Source: an uncultured Chthonomonadaceae bacterium
GTDB lineage: Bacteria > Armatimonadota > Chthonomonadetes > Chthonomonadales > Chthonomonadaceae
Direction: 5' to 3'
DNA length: 64,000 bases
Assembly (NCBI GenBank): GCA_963835065.1
Contig: CAWIEK010000015.1
Location: forward strand, 1-64,000
Below, one piece after another: positions 58,085 to 64,000 of this stretch. Position 1 is the stretch's first letter, and each line of letters starts with the position of its first letter. The notes beneath the pieces are model-generated. The model saw only the letters and a list, made by a program, of their open reading frames with translations. It was not told where the DNA came from and did not search any database. The position numbers and the translations under genes were made by a program.

Positions 58085-60277
58085 TTAATGCGCTACCGCC
58101 TGCGTGGGCGAAGTGGGTTTGGAGGCCAGATTGTCCATGAAGAACTCCAGCATCCGCGTTTGGTTGATCCCGGAATGGCCTCGGTCCGGGCCGACCTGCA
58201 GATCGTAGCTTTTGCCGGCTTCCTGCAAGGCGGCGATAAGCTGCAGCGTATTGGACGGATGCACGTTGTTGTCGGCTGTGCCGTAGTACAGCAGCAGTTT
58301 GCCCTTCAAGTTGTTTACATAGGTCATGGCCGAACCCGCCTCATAATCCGCGCGGTTTTGCTGCGGCAGTCCCATGAAGCGCTCCGTATAAATGCTGTCG
58401 TAATTGCGCCAATCCGTCACGGCGGAGGACGCGCAGGCGGCTTGAAACACATCCGGGTAGCGCAATAAGCACATGATGGACGCATAGCCGCCATACGACG
58501 TGCCATAGATGCCGACGCGCGTTCCATCCACATACGCCCGCTGCCGCAAAAACCTTACGCCCAGCGCCTGATCGTCAATGTCGGCCTGTCCGAGTTTGCG
58601 GTAAATGGCTTCCGTGTACGCCTTGCCCCGGTGCAGCGTACCCCGGCCATCGAAAGATGCGACCAGAAAACCCAATTCGGTCAACGCCTGCGGTAAGCGA
58701 AAATTCTCCGTGACCGTTTCGGCTCCAGGCGTTTCCGGCCCGGCGTACACGCTGATGAGCAGGGGATACTTCTTTGTCGCGTCGAAATTGGAGGGCTTGT
58801 ACAGCAGTCCGTGTACGTCAGTCACGCCGTCGTTCGCCTTGTAGGTGAACAGTTCCGGCAGCGCAAATCCTGCCGCTTTGATTGCGGTGGTATCGCCCTG
58901 CGCCAGGGTTGCGACCACCTTGCCGCTCGCGTCCAGAACGCGCGTTTGCGGCGGCATGTCGTGCGCCTGCGCCACGTCCACGCAGAATTTGCCGTTGGGC
59001 GCAATGTCCGCGCGGTGCGCAAAGTGGGGATCAGTCAGGCGTATATCCCCCGTTCCATCCAGATTGACGCGGTGCAATTGCGTTTTCAGAGCATTGTCGC
59101 CGTCCCGCGCCGTGTAGTACACAACGCCTGCCGCTTCATCCACGCGCGCAACGCCATCCACTTCAAACGAATTTTTGGTCAGCGTTTGCAGCAGTTTGCC
59201 GCTCAAGTCGTACAAATAAAGATTGCGCCAGCCCGTCCGCTCGGATGCCCAGAGAAAGCGCTGCCCGTCCTTGAGGAACGTCAGCGCGGGCAGGTTGGCT
59301 GTCCAGCTTTTGGGATTCGACTCGCGGATGATTACGCGGCACTGCCCCGTTTTCGGGTCGCAGGCCGTCAGTTCCATCACGTTTTGCAGCCGGTTGGTAC
59401 GGTGAAACAGCAGTTGCGTTCCGTCCGGCGTCCAGCGAATGTTATACACGTAATGCCCCATCACGTCGTTATCGAAGGGCTTGCCGTCGCGCACATCCAG
59501 CCGAACGGTCTGCTTGGTGGCGACATCGTACACGCACAGGTCTACAACCGGGTTGGGAGCGCCCGCTTTCGGGTACGGTTCCGCGTCCAATTGATCCTGC
59601 ACCGCAAGGCTGTTGAGGGTCACGTAGTAGTCGGGCACTTTGCTTTCGTCGAAGCGGTAGTACGCGAGTTTCGCGCTGTCGGGCGACCACCACATCGCCG
59701 TGCGCTGTTCCAGTTCCTCGCCATACACCCAACTGGCCGTGCCATAGAAAAGGCGCTTTTGGCGGCTGCCATCCGGGGAAACAGCAATGGGATTTGCGCC
59801 GTCCGCGTGACTGAGCCACACGTTGGCGTCCTTGTACTCGGCTTTCCATTGACCATCCGGCGACAGGCTGACGCCCGCCTGCCGTCCGCGTCCCGCGCCG
59901 CCGCCCCGAAATCCGCCCCCGTTCTGGCGCGGCAAAGGCGCATCGGTTTCCACGCTTTTTTGCAGCGCCACATCGTACTTGTAGGTTTTGCCGTCCTTGC
60001 GGTAAAGGTATCCGCTGCTGTCGGCGCTCCACGCGCCTGTTATCGCGCCCTTCATCGCTTCACCGGAAACCTCGCGCAGCTTGCGGCCCTGCGCCTGAAA
60101 TCGCGCAAAACCCGGCATGCTTTCGAGCCGATCCTGCGTTTGCCCGCGCGGAATCAACACCGCGCCAAGCGCGGCAATCAAGGCGCAGGTTGACAGCCGA
60201 AGCAAGAGCAGGCGCGTACTGCGAACCTTCTGAGGGCGTGAAGATGTGGCTGAATTTTGGAAAGACGTGGAAGGCAA
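58085..60277 (-). CDS. S9B dipeptidyl peptidase IV family
   Basis: WVYGEEL, YPKAG, nucleophile GTSYGG, DNNVH, terminal His (RGHS). Confidence 0.93.
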   Translation of the reverse strand: MPSTSFQNSATSSRPQKVRSTRLLLLRLSTCALIAALGAVLIPRGQTQDRLESMPGFARFQAQGRKLREVSGEAMKGAITGAWSADSSGYLYRKDGKTYKYDVALQKSVETDAPLPRQNGGGFRGGGAGRGRQAGVSLSPDGQWKAEYKDANVWLSHADGANPIAVSPDGSRQKRLFYGTASWVYGEELEQRTAMWWSPDSAKLAYYRFDESKVPDYYVTLNSLAVQDQLDAEPYPKAGAPNPVVDLCVYDVATKQTVRLDVRDGKPFDNDVMGHYVYNIRWTPDGTQLLFHRTNRLQNVMELTACDPKTGQCRVIIRESNPKSWTANLPALTFLKDGQRFLWASERTGWRNLYLYDLSGKLLQTLTKNSFEVDGVARVDEAAGVVYYTARDGDNALKTQLHRVNLDGTGDIRLTDPHFAHRADIAPNGKFCVDVAQAHDMPPQTRVLDASGKVVATLAQGDTTAIKAAGFALPELFTYKANDGVTDVHGLLYKPSNFDATKKYPLLISVYAGPETPGAETVTENFRLPQALTELGFLVASFDGRGTLHRGKAYTEAIYRKLGQADIDDQALGVRFLRQRAYVDGTRVGIYGTSYGGYASIMCLLRYPDVFQAACASSAVTDWRNYDSIYTERFMGLPQQNRADYEAGSAMTYVNNLKGKLLLYYGTADNNVHPSNTLQLIAALQEAGKSYDLQVGPDRGHSGINQTRMLEFFMDNLASKPTSPTQAVAH

Positions 60278-60507
60278 GGCGGCAATCTCCTCTCAAAGCA
60301 CAACAAGAAAAAACAACACAACTTATTGGATGGAGGTAGGTTCGACAGGAGTGATGAGGAAACCTGCTTGTGTCGTTCCGGGGATTGAAAATCCCCATCC
60401 AGTATTTCACAGCAAGCGCTTTCAATCCCTGACACGCAATGCAGATAAACGAAATTGGCGGGAACAGGAAGGCATCGGGCGCGTATTCAATTCAGGAGGC
60501 AATCAGC

Positions 60508-60987
60508 ATGACCAACAGCAACGAAACCCGCACCAATTTAACCAACAACAGTTCCGCCATCAGCGACCCCATCCATAGCAGTTCTACAAGCGCCAATCCG
60601 TCAGGCGGCGATTCATCGGGCGTAAACCCGGCGAACAGCGACAACATGACTGCCGACCCGATGGCGCAGCCGCAGCCGCCCGCGCAGGATGCCGGACAAA
60701 CAACATCCGCCGCGCCTGACCTGCACACCAGCCCGCCGACGGAACCGCTCCCACCCACCAGCGGCACGGGAACCGGTTTCAACGCCCCGGACGCGGGAAC
60801 GGGATTATCGGGCAGCAATCTTGACCCAACAGTGGGCAATCCCGGCCCCATGACTTCGCCCGCAGCTTCGGATACTGCGTCCCTGCCCGGCGTCGGCAAC
60901 ATAGACCGTGACGCGCTGGCCGGACAAAACAAAGGGGCCGGTTCGCAAGCCAATGCCGAAGCCGTCAGTTCCACCGGCCCGGTTTAA
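60508..60987 (+). CDS. Low-complexity Ser/Thr/Pro-rich hypothetical protein
   Basis: SD AGGAGG before ATG 60508; open frame. Confidence 0.55.
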   Translation: MTNSNETRTNLTNNSSAISDPIHSSSTSANPSGGDSSGVNPANSDNMTADPMAQPQPPAQDAGQTTSAAPDLHTSPPTEPLPPTSGTGTGFNAPDAGTGLSGSNLDPTVGNPGPMTSPAASDTASLPGVGNIDRDALAGQNKGAGSQANAEAVSSTGPV

Positions 60988-61252
60988 TAGACAAACCACT
61001 GAAACATGGCGCGATACAGCCGGATTTTTATAATCTGGCTATAACCGGTGTTCAGGAACGAAAATAAATCGCCGTCCGTTACAAACGTGTACGCCACGTT
61101 GCGGCAGTTATTCCTTCGGCGGAAACCGAACTTATGGAACGCGATTATGCTATAATCGGTGAAGATTATCATTCCGGGCTGATATGAGATTGTTGGTATC
61201 ATCCGCGCATCTTCGTTGCGCGGCTGTAACAGCCCCGGATACGGAGACAGGC

Positions 61253-62269
61253 ATGAATTCTCGTTTCGAGTTTGTCACAGTTCCGGCTGCCCGACCGGGA
61301 CAGAAACTATGCGCGGTTGTGGCGGAGGGGCTGTCGCAGCCGCAGAAGCAATTACCCTGCCGCTTCTTTTACGATGCCGCCGGTTCGCAACTGTTCGAGC
61401 GGATTTGCGAACTGCCGGAATATTACCTCACCCGCGCCGAGCGCGCCCTGCTCCAACACCACGCTTCCGACATCATCCGCGCCGCCAAAGCTACGTATCC
61501 GAATATGCCCCTCAGCCTTGTGGAATTCGGCAGCGGCAGTTCCGTAAAGACGCGCCTGTTGCTGGAAGCCGCGCTGGAGCAGCAGCCTGTCTTGCATTAC
61601 ACTTCGATTGATATTTCCAGTGACTTTTTGCGCGATTCCTGCCTGCGCCTGCTGAAAACCTACCCACTGTTGCGCGTTAGCGGGCTGGCGGCGGAATACG
61701 CGGACGCGCTGCCTGCCTTGCCGGAGATAGATGGCCCGCGCCTGTTTCTGTTTTTGGGCAGTAACATCGGCAACTTCACTCCCGAAGAGGCTACCAATTT
61801 TCTTGCGCGACTGCGCGCCGTAATGCGCCGTGAAGACCGGCTGTTGTTGGGTATTGATCTCATCAAAGACCGCAGTGTTCTGGAAGCCGCGTATAACGAT
61901 TCGGCAGGCGTCACCGCGCAGTTTAATAAGAACCTGTTGCGCCGTATCAACAAGGAATTGGGCGCGAACTTTGACATTGACGGCTTTCAGCACCACGCGC
62001 CGTTCGTGGAGGAGCAGGCGCGTATCGAAATGCGACTTGTCAGCCTGCGCGAACAGACGGTAATGGTTGATGCGGTGGAAACCGCGTACCACTTCGACGC
62101 GGGAGAAATCATCCACACAGAAAACAGCCACAAGTACACGCTCGACAGCCTTGCGCGGCTATGTCAGCCCGCCGGCCTGCGCGTACAATCCTGTTGGAAG
62201 GATGAGTACGGGCGGTTCGCCACCGTATTGCTGCGTCCAAGCGCGTGTTACGGGAATACTGAGTCGTGA
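61253..62269 (+). CDS. egtD: Histidine N-alpha-trimethyltransferase EgtD
   Basis: KQLPCRFFYD…ELPEYYLTRAE, EFGSGSSVKT, FLGSNIGNF, HTENSHKY. Confidence 0.93.
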   Translation: MNSRFEFVTVPAARPGQKLCAVVAEGLSQPQKQLPCRFFYDAAGSQLFERICELPEYYLTRAERALLQHHASDIIRAAKATYPNMPLSLVEFGSGSSVKTRLLLEAALEQQPVLHYTSIDISSDFLRDSCLRLLKTYPLLRVSGLAAEYADALPALPEIDGPRLFLFLGSNIGNFTPEEATNFLARLRAVMRREDRLLLGIDLIKDRSVLEAAYNDSAGVTAQFNKNLLRRINKELGANFDIDGFQHHAPFVEEQARIEMRLVSLREQTVMVDAVETAYHFDAGEIIHTENSHKYTLDSLARLCQPAGLRVQSCWKDEYGRFATVLLRPSACYGNTES

Positions 62270-63573
62270 ATCAGAAGCAACGTAAACGCGAACTGGCCGA
62301 GGCTCTGGAGCTTTGCCGTGACCGAACGCTGGACTTGCTGGCAGGCGTTCCCGACGATCACCTGAACATTCGGGTTCACGATTTTTACAGTCCGATTGGC
62401 TGGCATTTCGGGCATATCGGGATGACCGAGGAGCATTGGGTTTGCGCCCAAGCCTTGAAGCAAGCGCCGCGTAACCCGGAATACAGTTTCCTGTTCGCCA
62501 ACATTCCCGAAAATCCAAAGGATAACCGCGTTCATCTGCCCTCGCGCGAGGAAATCATCGGCTATCTGAACGCAACGCGCAAAACGGTTGTGAACGCGCT
62601 GAAAACAATTGACCTGGAAACAAACTCGCCCCTGCTTGCGGACGGTTACGCATGGGAGTTCGCGCTGCAGCACGAGTATCAGCATCAGGAAACCATTGCC
62701 GAATTACGGCAGTTGCTTTCACAGCAGTTTTCGGAACGGCAACTGCTTGCGGTCACGGCGCAATACGTTTGCGACATGCCGTTGCCGGTGGAAGAAATCG
62801 CCATTCCCGGCGCAACGTTTTGGATGGGGTCGGACAATCGGCACGATTATGATAACGAGAAATGTGTTCACGAAGTAACGGTTTCCGATTTTAACCTTGA
62901 CAAAACGCCTGTCACCGCCGCGCATTGGGTACAGTTTATGGACGACGGCGGCTACAAACGGCCCGAACTTTGGACGGTGGACGGCTGGAATTGGCGGCAG
63001 GCAGCAGCCATTGAACATCCCGAATACTGGTTCCCGATTAACAAGGGCTATGGCTATTTCTATGCCGGAGGTGTGCGCGGTATGCATCCGCATGAACCCA
63101 TAACAGGCATCAGTTGGCATGAGGCAAACGCTTACGCAAAGTGGGTCGGTAAGCGCCTGCCTACGGAAGCCGAATGGGAGTATGCCGCCGCCTACGATCC
63201 CACAACCGGGCAAATGCGCCGCTATCCCGCCCAGGCTGGGCAAACCGCCCGAGGCTATGCTGATTGCGACAATCACTGTGGTTTTCCTGCCGCAGTGGGC
63301 GACGAGCGCACCCTGAACGCTTTCGGCTTGCGCAACATGGCGGGCAGCGCGTGGGAATGGACGGCGACGCCGTTTCTTCCCTATCCCGGCTTTAGCGCGT
63401 TTCCCTACGACGGCTATTCCAAAGACCACATGGACGGCAGCCACTACGTCTGCCGGGGCGGTTCGTGGGCCACCGCCGCCCCCATTCTGCGCGCCAGTTT
63501 CCGCAACTGGTACGTGCCAACGTACCGGCAGGGATTTCTTGGCGTTCGCTGCGCGAAAAGCGTTGAGAGTTAG
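62266..63573 (+). CDS. egtB: Ergothioneine sulfoxide synthase EgtB-like (DinB + FGE domains)
   Basis: SPIGWHFGH, QHEYQHQET metal motif, RLPTEAEWEYAA, RGGSW; overlaps egtD. Confidence 0.85.
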   Translation: MNQKQRKRELAEALELCRDRTLDLLAGVPDDHLNIRVHDFYSPIGWHFGHIGMTEEHWVCAQALKQAPRNPEYSFLFANIPENPKDNRVHLPSREEIIGYLNATRKTVVNALKTIDLETNSPLLADGYAWEFALQHEYQHQETIAELRQLLSQQFSERQLLAVTAQYVCDMPLPVEEIAIPGATFWMGSDNRHDYDNEKCVHEVTVSDFNLDKTPVTAAHWVQFMDDGGYKRPELWTVDGWNWRQAAAIEHPEYWFPINKGYGYFYAGGVRGMHPHEPITGISWHEANAYAKWVGKRLPTEAEWEYAAAYDPTTGQMRRYPAQAGQTARGYADCDNHCGFPAAVGDERTLNAFGLRNMAGSAWEWTATPFLPYPGFSAFPYDGYSKDHMDGSHYVCRGGSWATAAPILRASFRNWYVPTYRQGFLGVRCAKSVES

Positions 63574-63692
63574 AAGTGTTAAGCATTGAGCGATTGTCAG
63601 ACAAAACAAACGGATCAAAATCCTAATACCCAACACCCAACACTAACCATCTAATATCTAATATCTAATATCTATTGCCTAACATCTTCCCC

Positions 63693-64000
63693 ATGATCGA
63701 ACTGAACGGCGTGAGCAAAACTTATGGCGGAACTTACGCCCTCCATCCCGCCGACCTGACGCTGGAAACAAACCGCGTCACGGCGCTGATCGGGCCGAGC
63801 GGGTGCGGCAAATCCACGCTGCTGCGCCTGATTGTCGGCCTGATAGAACCGTCGTCAGGAACAATCCGCGTGGACGGCGTACCGGTCACGGCGAGTAACC
63901 TGCTGGAATTGCGCCGCCGCATGGGGTACGTGATTCAGGACGGCGGCTTGTTTCCCCACCTGACGGCGCGGCAAAACGTTACGCTGCTGGCGACACACCT
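63693..64000 (+). CDS. ABC transporter ATP-binding protein (OpuA/ProV-like), truncated by the window end
   Basis: MIELNGVSKTYG…GPSGCGKSTLL…RRRMGYVIQDGGLFPHLT. Confidence 0.9.
   Translation, partial: MIELNGVSKTYGGTYALHPADLTLETNRVTALIGPSGCGKSTLLRLIVGLIEPSSGTIRVDGVPVTASNLLELRRRMGYVIQDGGLFPHLTARQNVTLLATH

Noticed and set aside
60380..60430. GGGATTGAAA / TTTCAATCCC resembling a CRISPR repeat end
   Set aside because: Copies are inverted rather than direct, with no spacer periodicity; REP-like instead
62266..63573. Selenoneine synthase SenA assignment
   Set aside because: No senB or selD neighbours in view; adjacency to egtD fits EgtB

Overview
GC-rich bacterial window (Armatimonadota-like by gene style; taxonomy is inference only). 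From 5' to 3': a decayed toxin-antitoxin remnant; a secreted prenyltransferase-repeat protein; a GNAT / STAND ATPase / membrane ankyrin cluster; flhB-fliR-fliQ; a sialidase-like gene; a WYL-associated type I (I-B/PGING-like) CRISPR-Cas operon (cas6, cas5, cas8 with internal cas11, cas7, cas3, cas4, cas1, cas2) with no canonical array in the window; a convergent ~25 kb extracellular contractile injection system (eCIS) locus with a DUF4157-OmpA cargo candidate; four tRNAs; an XPB helicase; housekeeping genes; and egtD-egtB plus an ABC ATPase. The most unusual feature is a ~1.15 kb cassette nested between cas6 and cas5. It holds an antisense DUF3800-like gene, two tandem promoter-driven structured RNAs with covarying stems (one overlapping the gene's 3' end), and a degenerate repeat-spacer-repeat leader resembling a CreA-type crRNA mimic. 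About eleven single-base frameshifts across unrelated genes suggest sequencing indels rather than real pseudogenes.
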